Sequence record: SRR20825006_1162 | Reading direction: 5' to 3' (one strand) | DNA length: 54,755 nucleotides | Part shown: positions 8,346-19,143 of the stretch, one piece after another | Position numbering within the stretch: position 1 is the first letter of the stretch | Layout of the letters: the number at the start of each line of letters is the position of its first letter | Notes under the pieces: generated by a model | Told to the model about the DNA's origin: nothing | Database searches by the model: none | The model's input: the letters and a program-made list of their open reading frames with translations, nothing else | Program-made: the position numbers and the translations under genes

Positions 8346-9427
8346 AATAATCTTAATTTTAAATATACTTTATATTCGCCGTCTTCTTCGTAAATCTTCA
8401 GCTCGTAATCTTGAGCGCCGTAGCCCAATTTAAGGCGTTTTTCAACATTTTCGATACCGATTCCGCCGGCATTTGGTATTTTGTTTTGCAACTCTTTTTG
8501 CGGCAGGGTGTTACTCATTCTAAAATATAGAAAAGAACCTTCTATCGTGAGATTGATCGTGATCTTTACCTTACCAATATTTTTACTCGCACCGTGCTTA
8601 AAGCCGTTTTCTATAAAATGAATGAGCAGCATGGGAGCGATTTTTTTGCCTTTAGGATTGCCTGTAACCTCAAACTTTAGATCCAGTTTTTTGTTGTATC
8701 TAATCCGCTCCAAGTCGAGATAATTTTGAATAAACTTGATCTCTTTGACCAGAGGCTGTCTTTTTTCTTTGGTCTCATACAGTAAATACCGCATCAAGTC
8801 AGAAAGTTTCAAGATGGTTTCGGGAGTGTTTTCAGACTTTTCAAGACTTAAAGAATAGATGTTATTCAACGTATTGAAGAAAAAATGTGGGGAGATCTGC
8901 GAGCGCAAAAAGCGCAGTTCGGTCTCCAGATTTGATTTGGCTAAACTTGCTGCAAGTTGTCTTTCGCGAAGCCAATCAATAGTGATCTTAATGGCGGCAC
9001 CAAATGAAATCACATACAGTTCTCCCAGCATCATCACTACCACATAATTAACACCCAGACTGGTAGTTTCTTCGGGACCTTCGGGCCACACGTTATTGCT
9101 GATCAAGAAGTAGGTAAGCTCGTATTTTATGATCACCATTATAAAAATAGCACTAATAAGGCTCAACGTAAAAAGCACATATTTACGCTTGTAGATAAAC
9201 ATCGGGATGAGTACATAGATCGTAAAATACGTGAGGCTTATGTGAATGGGAAAGCCTAGAAGATTTGCTTTAAACGAGTAGAAATAATCATTGTAATAAC
9301 TTCCCCAGCGCAAAAAATTAAACAGGAAATAGACCAACCAAAAAATCACGTGATGCGTCAGGTTAATTTTATAACCTGTAGTGGCATTAAGCAAGAAGTT
9401 ATTTTTGAAAGAATTGCGTAGGGGCAT
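8342..9427 (-). CDS. LytS/YehU-type sensor histidine kinase
   Basis: About four N-terminal TM helices; LRSQISPHFFFNTLNNIYSL H-box; ENGFKHG N-box; GGIGIENV G-box. Confidence 0.95.
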   Translation of the reverse strand: MPLRNSFKNNFLLNATTGYKINLTHHVIFWLVYFLFNFLRWGSYYNDYFYSFKANLLGFPIHISLTYFTIYVLIPMFIYKRKYVLFTLSLISAIFIMVIIKYELTYFLISNNVWPEGPEETTSLGVNYVVVMMLGELYVISFGAAIKITIDWLRERQLAASLAKSNLETELRFLRSQISPHFFFNTLNNIYSLSLEKSENTPETILKLSDLMRYLLYETKEKRQPLVKEIKFIQNYLDLERIRYNKKLDLKFEVTGNPKGKKIAPMLLIHFIENGFKHGASKNIGKVKITINLTIEGSFLYFRMSNTLPQKELQNKIPNAGGIGIENVEKRLKLGYGAQDYELKIYEEDGEYKVYLKLRLL

Positions 9428-9568
9428 AAGTCAAAAGTTGGTTTTTAAGCTGTTTAGCTTTTGAGAACTGTCGTTAGTCTAATAAAAGTCAGAAACGGGG
9501 ATAATATATCACATATTTATTAAAAATCTTAACAGATTAACCCTTTGCAGGCTAAAAAACGTATTCAA

Positions 9569-11824
9569 ATGTTAAAGAAATCCTTTTTCTTAATCGCAAT
9601 TTTAACCCTTGCTTCATGTAAGAATGATGCAGAACCACAAACCGAACCTCAAACGGATTTGAATCTTACCGCGCAGGTAGATCCGTTCATCGGTACCGGC
9701 GGCCACGGGCACACGTATCCCGGTGCTACCGTACCTTTTGGGATGGTTCAGGTGAGTCCTGATAACGGTACTAATGGTTGGGATTGGTGTTCCGGTTATC
9801 ACTATTCTGATTCTATTGTTTCCGGGTTTAGCAACTTGCATTTAAGCGGGACTGGAATAGGTGACCTTGCTGACATCTTGTTTATGCCTACTAACAAAGA
9901 GGTTGATCTATCAGGAAGTTATGAGAAGCCGGCAGACCGCCCGTATGCCTCGACCTATTCACACAAGCGCGAAAGCGCAGAACCGGGTTACTACTCGGTT
10001 TACCTTGAAGATCCGCAGATTAAAGTAGGGCTTACTGCTACTAAACGCACCGGTTTTCAAAAATACAATTACGAAGGTGCCGGTGAAGCTTCCGTAGTGT
10101 TAGATCTTGGTTTTGCGATCAATTGGGACGCACCAACTGAAACCGCGATTACAATCGAAAATGAAACTACGATTAGCGGTTACCGCCACAGTACGGGTTG
10201 GGCAAAAAATCAAAAAGTGTTTTATGTAGCCCAATTCTCAAAACCAATTGCGCGACATATTTTGGTTGCAGATAAAAAAGTGGTTGACGCAGATAGCGTA
10301 AGCGGAAAAACTACTGCAGCACAGTTTTTCTTCAATATAGATGGAAGCCGCGATGTTACTGTTATGGTTTCGGTTTCTTCTGTAAGTGTAGCTAACGCCA
10401 AAGAGAATTTTGCTGAAGCTGCTGAAATTGATTTTGAAACTGCAAAAACCGAAGCAAAAAAGATCTGGGAAAAGCAACTTGAGCATATCGTTGTTGAAAC
10501 TCCAACCGATTCTTTAAAGACGATTTTTTATTCGGCCTTATATCATACGCAAATCGCTCCGGTAACGTTTAGCGATGTCAATGGGCAATTCCGTCAGGAA
10601 AATGACAGTGTCATCGACGCAGATTTTACCGCATATTCTACCTTATCGCTTTGGGATACCTTCCGTGCCGAAAATCCATTGTTAAGTCTTTTAGAGCCTG
10701 AAAAAACCAGCGATATCATAAACTCCATGCTTACCTATTATGAGGTGCATAAAAGTTTACCGGTTTGGACACTTTATGGTAATGAAACCAATACAATGAC
10801 GGGTAATCACGCGATCCCGGTTATTGCCGATGCGTACTTTAAAGGGATTAAAGGTTTTGATGCGGAAAAGGCTTATGAGGCGATGAAAAACACCCAGATG
10901 CGTGACGAGCGCGGACTCGAGTTCTTAAAAGAATACGGTTATATTCCTTTTGATAAAATAGACGAAAGCGTCACTTTTAATTTAGAATATGCGTATAACG
11001 ACTGGTGTGTAGCGCAAATGGCCAAAGCTTTAGGTCTTGAAGAAGATTATCAATACTTCAACGAGCGTTCTAAGTCGTACGAAAAGCTATACGATCCTGA
11101 AACCGGCTTTATGCGCGGAAAATCTTCTACAGGACAGTGGCACGAGCCGTTTGATCCTAAGTTCTCAAGACACCGTGAAAACACAGATTATACCGAAGGT
11201 AACGCGTGGCAACACAGCTGGTTTGTGCTGCACGATACTGATAATTTTATAAAACTACACGGCGGCGCTGAGCCGTTTACCGGAATGCTTGAGCAGCTTT
11301 TTACCGAAAGCTCTGAGATTACGGGAGATTTTACTTCTGCAGATATTTCGGGATTAATTGGTCAATATGCACACGGTAACGAGCCAAGTCACCATATCGC
11401 GTATTTATTCAATCGTGCAGGCAAGCCCTGGAGAACACAATATTGGGTAAATCATATTCTTAAAACGCAATACAATACCACGCCTAATGGCTTAAGCGGT
11501 AATGAGGATGCCGGTCAAATGTCAGCTTGGTATGTGTGGAGTTCTATGGGGTTATATCCATTCAATCCTGCAAGTGCGGCTTATGAAATAGGTAGTCCGG
11601 TTTATGCAAAATCAACCATTAATCTTCCGTCAGGAAAAACCTTCACTATTACAGCCGAAGGCGTTTCCGAAGAAAATTTCTACATCCAGTCGGCTACATT
11701 GAATGGTGAAGAATTTAATCAAACCAGCATTACGCACGAGCAGATCACCGCTGGTGGTGAGCTCAAATTAGTAATGGGAGCAACACCTAACAAATCTTGG
11801 GGTGTGACAGCAGACGCAGAATAA
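9569..11824 (+). CDS. GH92 alpha-mannosidase, lipoprotein
   Basis: LASC lipobox; VDPFIGTGGHGHTYPGATVPFGMVQ, SLWDTFR, TEGNAWQ, GNEPSHH, GNEDAGQMSAW; ATG 9569 preferred over TTG 9545. Confidence 0.95.
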   Translation: MLKKSFFLIAILTLASCKNDAEPQTEPQTDLNLTAQVDPFIGTGGHGHTYPGATVPFGMVQVSPDNGTNGWDWCSGYHYSDSIVSGFSNLHLSGTGIGDLADILFMPTNKEVDLSGSYEKPADRPYASTYSHKRESAEPGYYSVYLEDPQIKVGLTATKRTGFQKYNYEGAGEASVVLDLGFAINWDAPTETAITIENETTISGYRHSTGWAKNQKVFYVAQFSKPIARHILVADKKVVDADSVSGKTTAAQFFFNIDGSRDVTVMVSVSSVSVANAKENFAEAAEIDFETAKTEAKKIWEKQLEHIVVETPTDSLKTIFYSALYHTQIAPVTFSDVNGQFRQENDSVIDADFTAYSTLSLWDTFRAENPLLSLLEPEKTSDIINSMLTYYEVHKSLPVWTLYGNETNTMTGNHAIPVIADAYFKGIKGFDAEKAYEAMKNTQMRDERGLEFLKEYGYIPFDKIDESVTFNLEYAYNDWCVAQMAKALGLEEDYQYFNERSKSYEKLYDPETGFMRGKSSTGQWHEPFDPKFSRHRENTDYTEGNAWQHSWFVLHDTDNFIKLHGGAEPFTGMLEQLFTESSEITGDFTSADISGLIGQYAHGNEPSHHIAYLFNRAGKPWRTQYWVNHILKTQYNTTPNGLSGNEDAGQMSAWYVWSSMGLYPFNPASAAYEIGSPVYAKSTINLPSGKTFTITAEGVSEENFYIQSATLNGEEFNQTSITHEQITAGGELKLVMGATPNKSWGVTADAE

Positions 11825-11825
11825 T

Positions 11826-13700
11826 ATGGAGAGTATTGATGTAATCATAATCGCGGTATACTTGCTGCTCACCATTGGGATTGGAGTTTACGTGGCTAAA
11901 AAAGCTTCAAAGGGACTCGATTCTTATTTTTTGGGCGGAAAAAGCATCAAATGGTATTATCTGGGCTTGAGTAACGGCTCGGGAATGTTTGATGTTTCGG
12001 GTACGGCTTGGATGGTGGGAATCCTGTTTCTGTATGGCGTGAAGAGCTTCATGTTTATGTGGATGTGGCCCATTTTCAACCAGGTCTTTGTGATGATGTT
12101 CTTAGCGGTTTGGATTCGCAGATCTAATGTGATGACCGGTTCAGAATGGATTCTTTCTCGTTTTGGCGACGATAAAGCCGGCCGCGCTTCACACTTAATC
12201 GTGGCGATTTTTGCCGTGGTGGCTTCAGTAGGATTTATCGCCTATTTTTTTGAAGGTGCCGGTAAATTTATGACCGTGATCTTACCTTGGGATGTAAGCC
12301 TCGTTATTGGTGATCTCACGCTGCTGAATGCAGAACAAGTCTATGCGCTGATCCTGATCTTACTCACAACGATTTATACAATTAAAGGTGGAATGTTCTC
12401 TGTGGTTTCTACCGAAGTATTGCAGTTTGGGATAATGGTTCTCGCGGGAATCCTTGTTGCAGGATACACTTTTTTCTCGTTTACCGATGCAGAAATCACA
12501 GCGCTGATTCCGGCAGAATGGACCAAAGTTACTTTTGGTAGTCAACTCACCGGATTTTGGTCTGGCGACTTTGAAGAATTTAACCGACTTATAGATACGC
12601 AAGGGTATAAGATGTTTGGCGCTTTTGTAGGTATGAGTCTATTTAAAGGTTTTTTTGCAAGTATCGCAGGGCCAACGCCTAGCTATGATATGCAGCGTAT
12701 CTTATCAACGCGCACTGCAAAAGATGCAGCCTATATGAGCGGGTTTACCAATCTGGTGTTATTTATTCCACGGTATTTAATGATCGCTGCGATTGTACTT
12801 TTAGGCTTGGTTTACATCGCTCCTGAACTTGCCAATGCGGGCGGCGTAACCAGCAATGATCTTGAAGTTATTCTTCCCCAAGTGATCAATAATCACGTTC
12901 CTGTGGGAATTAAAGGTTTATTGCTTGCCGGTTTACTTGCCGCTTTTATGTCAACCTTTTCCGCTTTTGTAAACGCGGGACCTGCCTACATTGTTAATGA
13001 TATTTATAAGAAATATTTTAAGCCTGAAGCGACTGATAAACACTATGTAAAAGCAAGTCATATCGCGTCTTTCGCTGTAGTAACTTTAGGGGTAATTATG
13101 GGCTTCTTTGCAGAATCGATCAACTCGATCACGTTGTGGATTACGAGTTCGCTATATGGTGGTTACGTTGCGGCTAATTTCCTAAAATGGATATGGTGGC
13201 GTTTTAACGGCTGGGGTTATTTCTGGGGAATGTTAAGCGGTCTGGTGATCGCTACGCTTCAGTTTATGATAGATCAAGGCGCATCTACTTATGCTGAAGG
13301 AAGCTTCCTATTCTGGTATTCGCATATTCCTGCGATTTATCTATTCCCCATAATTCTAGGATTTTCACTTTTAGGCTCGTTCTTAGGAACCTATCTAACT
13401 CCGCCTACGGCATTAAAAACCTTAAAAAGTTTCTACACTTCTGTACATCCCTGGGGCTGGTGGAAACCGGTGCGCGAGCAGTTAACCCAAGAAGAGCAAG
13501 TGGGCAAGAATACAGATTTTGGCCTGGATATGTTTAACTGTATTGTGGGGATCGTTTGGCAATCGAGTATGATCTTACTACCTATTTATCTGGTGGTACG
13601 CGACTATGAGAAGACCGCGATAAGCCTACTGGTTTTTGGAGTGACTACCCTTATTTTAAAATTTACTTGGCTGGATAAAGTCAAAAAACTGAACAATTAA
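11826..13700 (+). CDS. Sodium:solute symporter family transporter
   Basis: Multi-TM protein; YFLGG, MQRILS, GLLLAGLLAAFMST motifs. Confidence 0.9.
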   Translation: MESIDVIIIAVYLLLTIGIGVYVAKKASKGLDSYFLGGKSIKWYYLGLSNGSGMFDVSGTAWMVGILFLYGVKSFMFMWMWPIFNQVFVMMFLAVWIRRSNVMTGSEWILSRFGDDKAGRASHLIVAIFAVVASVGFIAYFFEGAGKFMTVILPWDVSLVIGDLTLLNAEQVYALILILLTTIYTIKGGMFSVVSTEVLQFGIMVLAGILVAGYTFFSFTDAEITALIPAEWTKVTFGSQLTGFWSGDFEEFNRLIDTQGYKMFGAFVGMSLFKGFFASIAGPTPSYDMQRILSTRTAKDAAYMSGFTNLVLFIPRYLMIAAIVLLGLVYIAPELANAGGVTSNDLEVILPQVINNHVPVGIKGLLLAGLLAAFMSTFSAFVNAGPAYIVNDIYKKYFKPEATDKHYVKASHIASFAVVTLGVIMGFFAESINSITLWITSSLYGGYVAANFLKWIWWRFNGWGYFWGMLSGLVIATLQFMIDQGASTYAEGSFLFWYSHIPAIYLFPIILGFSLLGSFLGTYLTPPTALKTLKSFYTSVHPWGWWKPVREQLTQEEQVGKNTDFGLDMFNCIVGIVWQSSMILLPIYLVVRDYEKTAISLLVFGVTTLILKFTWLDKVKKLNN

Positions 13701-13747
13701 AATCAATACAAAACACCCGAAACGGGTAAAAATATAGAATACAATAT

Positions 13748-14719
13748 ATGAGTACAACGCAAATTCCTTGGCAAGACAGACCGGCAAACAGCACTGATGT
13801 AATGTGGCGTTATGATGCAAATCCTATTATAGACAGGTATGCGATCCCCAGTTCTAACAGTATTTTCAATTCGGCTGTTGTGCCTTTTGAAGATGGCTAC
13901 GCCGGAGTTTTTAGATGCGATAACAAAGCGGTGCAAATGAATATTTTTGCCGGCTTCAGTAAAGATGGAATCAACTGGGAGATCAATCACGATCCTATCG
14001 AATTTGGCGCCGGAAATACTGAGATGATCGATTCTGATTATAAATACGACCCACGCGTTTGTTTTATTGAAGACCGCTATTGGATCACGTGGTGCAATGG
14101 TTATCACGGGCCAACTATTGGTATTGGGTACACTTTTGACTTTAAAGAATTCTTTCAGTGCGAAAATGCCTTTCTTCCTTTTAATAGAAACGGTGTGTTG
14201 CTTCCGCAGAAAATAGATGGAAAATACGCGATGTTGAGCCGTCCTAGTGATAATGGGCATACGCCTTTTGGTGATATTTATATCAGCTACAGTCCTGATA
14301 TGAAATATTGGGGCGAGCACCGTTGTGTGATGAAAGTTGCGCCGTTTACTGATAGCGCTTGGCAGTGTACAAAAATTGGTGCGGGACCTGTGCCTATCTT
14401 GACAGATGAAGGTTGGTTATTGTTCTATCACGGTGTGATCAACACCTGCAACGGATTTAGATACTCAGTAGGAGCGGCGCTCTTAGATAAGGATAACCCA
14501 GATAAAGTATTGTACCGCAGTCAGCCATATTTACTTGCACCGGCTGCGCCGTACGAGTTGGTAGGTGATGTGCCTAATGTGTTGTTTCCGTGTGCGACCT
14601 TACATTCTGTAGAAGAAGATAAGGTGGCCTTGTATTATGGAGCGGCAGATACCGTAACTTCGGTGGCTTTTGGAAAACTCAGCGAGATCATTGATTTCGT
14701 TAAAAATAACAGCCTTTAA
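13748..14719 (+). CDS. GH130 beta-mannoside phosphorylase (likely beta-1,4-mannosyl-GlcNAc/manno-oligosaccharide type)
   Basis: [55 protein letters not shown]; no signal peptide. Confidence 0.92.
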   Translation: MSTTQIPWQDRPANSTDVMWRYDANPIIDRYAIPSSNSIFNSAVVPFEDGYAGVFRCDNKAVQMNIFAGFSKDGINWEINHDPIEFGAGNTEMIDSDYKYDPRVCFIEDRYWITWCNGYHGPTIGIGYTFDFKEFFQCENAFLPFNRNGVLLPQKIDGKYAMLSRPSDNGHTPFGDIYISYSPDMKYWGEHRCVMKVAPFTDSAWQCTKIGAGPVPILTDEGWLLFYHGVINTCNGFRYSVGAALLDKDNPDKVLYRSQPYLLAPAAPYELVGDVPNVLFPCATLHSVEEDKVALYYGAADTVTSVAFGKLSEIIDFVKNNSL

Positions 14720-14720
14720 A

Positions 14721-15776
14721 ATGATTAAAACTGCCCTTTCTATATTCTTGCTTTTGATTAGCTACGGAAGTTTCGCCCAAGTGAAACCTCGTTCTTACGT
14801 TGCACATCACATTGATGCTCCGTTAACAATTGACGGAAAAGCACAGGAAAAAGTTTGGGAAGCAGCGCCATTTTCAGAATCCTTTATCGACATCGAAGGT
14901 GTCAAGATCCCAAAGTACGATACACGGGTAAAAATGTTGTGGGATGATGAAAACTTGTATTTCTATGCTGAGCTTAAAGAACCTCATATTTGGGCGACCT
15001 TAAAGCAGCGCGACACCGTGATTTTTTACAATAATGACTTTGAGATTTTTATAGATCCTGATGGCGATACGCACAACTATTATGAGTTTGAGATGAATGC
15101 GCTCAACACGGTTTGGGATTTACTTTTAGTAAAACCTTACCGCGAGTCGGCTCCTGTGGTTGATAGTTGGGATATTCAAGGCTTGCAAACTGCAGTTTCT
15201 ATTGATGGAACTTTAAATGATCCTACAGATACAGATGCGGGTTGGAGTGTTGAGATTGCGATGCCTTGGGAAGTCTTAAAAGAAGCTAGCGGAAGCAATG
15301 ACCTGCCGGCAGATCAATTTTGGCGCATAAACTTCTCGAGAGTCAACTGGGATCACGATTTAGATGGAAGCACTTACAGCCGTAAAAAAGATGCTTCCGG
15401 GAAATTTCTACCGGAATATAACTGGGTATGGTCGCCACAAGGTGTGATCAATATGCACGAACCGGAGCATTGGGGGTATGTGTATTTTTCTTCTAAGCCG
15501 GTTTCGGAAGAAGTTGCGTTTACGATTCCGCAAGATGAGCAGATTCGTTGGAAGTTGTATGAATTTTATCGTGCTCAAAAAGCGTATTTCTCTGAAAATA
15601 AAACGTGGGCTACTTCACTTGATGCGCTAGAAGTTGAAGCATTTCAGTTAGAGAATAAAACTATAACTCCGGTTTTAGAAAACCACACGTACGGCTGGTC
15701 CATTACTGTTGAAAGTCCGTTTTCAGATGCGGTTTACCGTATTCAGGAAGAAGGCAAATATTCAAAACTTAATTAA
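14721..15776 (+). CDS. Secreted CBM9-like (DOMON-like) sugar-binding domain protein
   Basis: Signal peptide; TIDGKAQEKVW, MLWDDENLYF, FEIFIDPDGD, WSVEIAMPW, WRINFSR; ATG at 14721. Confidence 0.8.
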   Translation: MIKTALSIFLLLISYGSFAQVKPRSYVAHHIDAPLTIDGKAQEKVWEAAPFSESFIDIEGVKIPKYDTRVKMLWDDENLYFYAELKEPHIWATLKQRDTVIFYNNDFEIFIDPDGDTHNYYEFEMNALNTVWDLLLVKPYRESAPVVDSWDIQGLQTAVSIDGTLNDPTDTDAGWSVEIAMPWEVLKEASGSNDLPADQFWRINFSRVNWDHDLDGSTYSRKKDASGKFLPEYNWVWSPQGVINMHEPEHWGYVYFSSKPVSEEVAFTIPQDEQIRWKLYEFYRAQKAYFSENKTWATSLDALEVEAFQLENKTITPVLENHTYGWSITVESPFSDAVYRIQEEGKYSKLN

Positions 15777-15784
15777 GGAAACCT

Positions 15785-16903
15785 ATGAAACTAAAACACC
15801 TCATTGTACTGCTGGTAGCGATAGTGGCTACTTCTTGTATTGATAATATGCACCCTGCGGGAAATAAAGATCAAGCTGAAAAAACGCAAGATTCTTCAGC
15901 TTCTGAAGATTTTAAATTCTGGACCTGGACGACTGCAGATCCAAAACGCAGCGACGATTCTTATGTCGAGGAATTTAAAAAATATGCCGAAAATGGTCTC
16001 GACGCCGTTTTGATCAACACCAATGCAGATGCTGATTTATTGGCGCGACTTACTCCTTTAGCAACCGCTGAAGGTCTCGAAGTTCACGCGTGGATGTTCA
16101 CGATGAACCGTCCCGGAGACACTGTGGCGCTTAAACACCCGGAGTGGTATGCGGTGAGTAAAGAAGGAAAGTCAACGTTTGACCATCGCCCCTATGTAGA
16201 TTATTACCAGTTTTTATGCCCTACTCGTGAGGGATCGCGTAATCACATTTTAGGCTTGATTGATGAGCTGACCAAGGTAGAAGGAGTGAGCAGTTTTCAT
16301 CTGGATTACATTCGCTATCCTGATGTATTCTTGCCAATAGGTCTGTTGCCAAAATATGACTTGGTTCAAGATACAGAGTTGCCAGAATATGATTTTTGCT
16401 ATTGCGATGCTTGTATTGCGAAGTTTGAAGAAGAACATCATAAAAATCCGTTAGAATCACATAATACTGCGATCGATATGGAGTGGAAGCAATTCCGTTT
16501 AAATCAGATCAAAGCCGTAGTTGATGATGCTTATGAAGTAGCGCATAAAAACGGAAAATTATTAACAGGAGCAGTGTTTCCTTATCCTGAAATGGCAGAT
16601 CATATGGTGCGTCAACGTTGGGATAAATGGAATATTGATGTGGTTTTACCAATGATCTACCACAACTTTTATAACGAAGAAATCGACTGGATTGGCTTCG
16701 CTACCGGTCAGGGTGTAAAAGATCTTGAAGGAACAGGTACCGAATTGCATACCGGTATCTATGTACCAGAAATGAGAGCAGAAGACTTGGCAAAAGCGAT
16801 TCAGCTTGCAAAAGAAAATGGTGCAAAAGGCGCATCATTCTTTGATGGTAACGCGCTTACGCCAGAGCTCCTTGCGGTGATTAAAGAAGCAAACGAGATT
16901 TAA
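15785..16903 (+). CDS. Glycoside hydrolase-like 10 (GHL10/DUF187-type) TIM-barrel lipoprotein
   Basis: ATSC lipobox; GLEVHAW, HPEWY, FLCPT, HLDYIRYP, FCYCDAC, PMIY. Confidence 0.78.
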   Translation: MKLKHLIVLLVAIVATSCIDNMHPAGNKDQAEKTQDSSASEDFKFWTWTTADPKRSDDSYVEEFKKYAENGLDAVLINTNADADLLARLTPLATAEGLEVHAWMFTMNRPGDTVALKHPEWYAVSKEGKSTFDHRPYVDYYQFLCPTREGSRNHILGLIDELTKVEGVSSFHLDYIRYPDVFLPIGLLPKYDLVQDTELPEYDFCYCDACIAKFEEEHHKNPLESHNTAIDMEWKQFRLNQIKAVVDDAYEVAHKNGKLLTGAVFPYPEMADHMVRQRWDKWNIDVVLPMIYHNFYNEEIDWIGFATGQGVKDLEGTGTELHTGIYVPEMRAEDLAKAIQLAKENGAKGASFFDGNALTPELLAVIKEANEI

Positions 16904-19119
16904 TGAAATACCTCCTTCTAAGTTTAAGTCTATTTATTAGTGTGTATGGCTTTACACAGAAATCCCTAACTTCTAGTGTAAATCCGTTTATAGGTACAGA
17001 CGGCCCCGGGAATACCTATCCCGGGGCAACTGCGCCTTACGGAATGGTGCAACTGAGTCCGGATATCGGTACGCCGGGTTGGGATCGCATTGCAGGTTAC
17101 TTTTATCAAGACAGCATTATAAGCGGTTTTTCGCATACACATTTAACAGGCACCGGAGCCGGAGATTTATACGATATTCTGGTGATGCCGGTCAATAGTA
17201 AATCATCAAAACGCATTGAAGCAAACGGGTACCGCCCGTTTTCTGCATTTAATCACCAGCAGGAATCGGCTTCGGCAGGATCTTATCAGGTAGAACTGAC
17301 CGATTATGAGATCAACGTCGAACTTACCGCAACGCCGCGTGTGGGAATTCAGCGGTATACGTTTCCAAAGGATAGCGCCTCGCAAGTGTATGTAGATCTG
17401 GGTTATGCGCTCAACTGGGATCGTGCCACAGACACCTATATTAAAGTAGTAAACAATACAACGCTAGAAGGCTATCGCAAATCAACCGGATGGGCTAAAG
17501 ATGAGCGTATCTATTTTGTGATGCAGTTTTCTAAACCTTTTGAGAGCTACACCCTTTTTGAAGGAAAAAATAAAGTAGATCAAGAAGCAACGGGAGCCAA
17601 TACTAAAATCATACTCAATTACGCTACCGCGGAAGCGGAGCAGCTGGTGGTAAAAACGGCTTTATCTACGGCAAACATTGAGGGTGCTTACGCTTCCATG
17701 AACACCGAAGCTTCGCATTTTGATTTTGATACTTACCGAAAACAAACCGAAGCAGTCTGGGAAGATCAGTTGAGTAAGATTAAGATCATCACCGAAGATC
17801 AAGATCAGAAGGCCCTGTTCTATACGATGATGTATCAATCTATGTTGGCGCCTACACTTTTAAGCGATCCTAAGGGCGCTTATAAAGGTGCAGATGGTGA
17901 GGTGCATACCGCTCAAGGTTTTGACCGTTTTGATACCTTCAGCTTGTGGGATACTTTTCGCGCAGCACACCCCTTATATACGATCATTCAGCAAGAGCGT
18001 CTGCCGGACTTTATTCAATCGCTATTGGCGCATTATAAAGAAACGGGTTTGCTTCCGGTTTGGTCGATGCAAGGCAACGAGACCAATATGATGCTAGGCT
18101 ATCACGCCGTTCCTGTAGTTGTTGATGCCTATTTTAAAGGTTTTGATTTTGATGCGGAATTAGCTTATGAAGCCTGCAAAGCGAGTGCAACTGCCGTAGA
18201 TCGAAGCATTCCTATTTATAGCGAATTGGGCTATGTCCCGGCAACGGAAGAAAACGAAGATTGGAGTGTTTCTAAAACTTTAGAATATGCCTATGACGAT
18301 TGGTGTATCGCACAATTTGCAAAGGCTTTGGGTAAAAAAGAAGATTATAAATACTTCAATAAACGAGCCGAAAACTGGAAAAAATTACACGATAAAAAAA
18401 CCAATTTCTTCCGACCTAAAACAGTTGAAAACAAATTTGTTGAGCCGTTTGTAGCTAAAGAATATACCCGTTTTTACAGCGAGAGCAATGCGTGGCAGTA
18501 CTACTGGTTTGTACCTCAGGATATTCTAGGCTTGATTAAAAAAACCGGCGGAAGCACTGCTTTTGAGCAAAAGCTTGATTCAATGTTTAGCTTGTATCCC
18601 AAGCCTACTGATAAACTCCCAATTTTTAGCACCGGGATGATCGGGCAGTATAATCACGGTAATGAGCCCAGTCACCACGTGGCATATCTTTATAACTATG
18701 TAGGGAAGCCTTCAAAAGCGCAGGAACGCATTCGTGAAATTTTAAAAACGCAATATAAAAATGAGCCTTACGGGCACTGCGGAAATGAAGATTGTGGGCA
18801 GATGTCGTCGTGGTATGTTTTCAGCGCATTGGGTTTTTATCCTGTAAATCCGGCGCAGGGCGCATATATTTTGGGTATTCCGCTGTTTGAAAAAGCTGAG
18901 ATCAAGCTTCCTGGCAATAAGAAATTCATCATTTCAACGCAAAACTTTTCTGATAAAAACACCTACGTAAAAAGGGTTTTTCTCAACGGAAAACCTTTAA
19001 AACGCGGCTTTGTTACACATAGTGAAATTACTCAAGGAGGCGAACTCCTTTTTGTAATGACCTCGGAAGCTACAGACCAACGTTTAGAAATGCCAAAACC
19101 AGATCAGGTTTATAAGTAG
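16903..19119 (+). CDS. GH92 alpha-mannosidase
   Basis: Signal peptide; VNPFIGT, TYPGATAPYGMVQLSPD, SLWDTFRA, GNEPSHH, GNEDCGQMSSW; TAATG coupling to upstream gene. Confidence 0.95.
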   Translation: MKYLLLSLSLFISVYGFTQKSLTSSVNPFIGTDGPGNTYPGATAPYGMVQLSPDIGTPGWDRIAGYFYQDSIISGFSHTHLTGTGAGDLYDILVMPVNSKSSKRIEANGYRPFSAFNHQQESASAGSYQVELTDYEINVELTATPRVGIQRYTFPKDSASQVYVDLGYALNWDRATDTYIKVVNNTTLEGYRKSTGWAKDERIYFVMQFSKPFESYTLFEGKNKVDQEATGANTKIILNYATAEAEQLVVKTALSTANIEGAYASMNTEASHFDFDTYRKQTEAVWEDQLSKIKIITEDQDQKALFYTMMYQSMLAPTLLSDPKGAYKGADGEVHTAQGFDRFDTFSLWDTFRAAHPLYTIIQQERLPDFIQSLLAHYKETGLLPVWSMQGNETNMMLGYHAVPVVVDAYFKGFDFDAELAYEACKASATAVDRSIPIYSELGYVPATEENEDWSVSKTLEYAYDDWCIAQFAKALGKKEDYKYFNKRAENWKKLHDKKTNFFRPKTVENKFVEPFVAKEYTRFYSESNAWQYYWFVPQDILGLIKKTGGSTAFEQKLDSMFSLYPKPTDKLPIFSTGMIGQYNHGNEPSHHVAYLYNYVGKPSKAQERIREILKTQYKNEPYGHCGNEDCGQMSSWYVFSALGFYPVNPAQGAYILGIPLFEKAEIKLPGNKKFIISTQNFSDKNTYVKRVFLNGKPLKRGFVTHSEITQGGELLFVMTSEATDQRLEMPKPDQVYK

Positions 19120-19143
19120 AACAGAACACTAAAATTCTTTTTG

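Noticed and set aside
13703-14320. 205-aa antisense ORF over GH130
   Set aside because: Shadow of a well-supported gene; no recognisable motifs.
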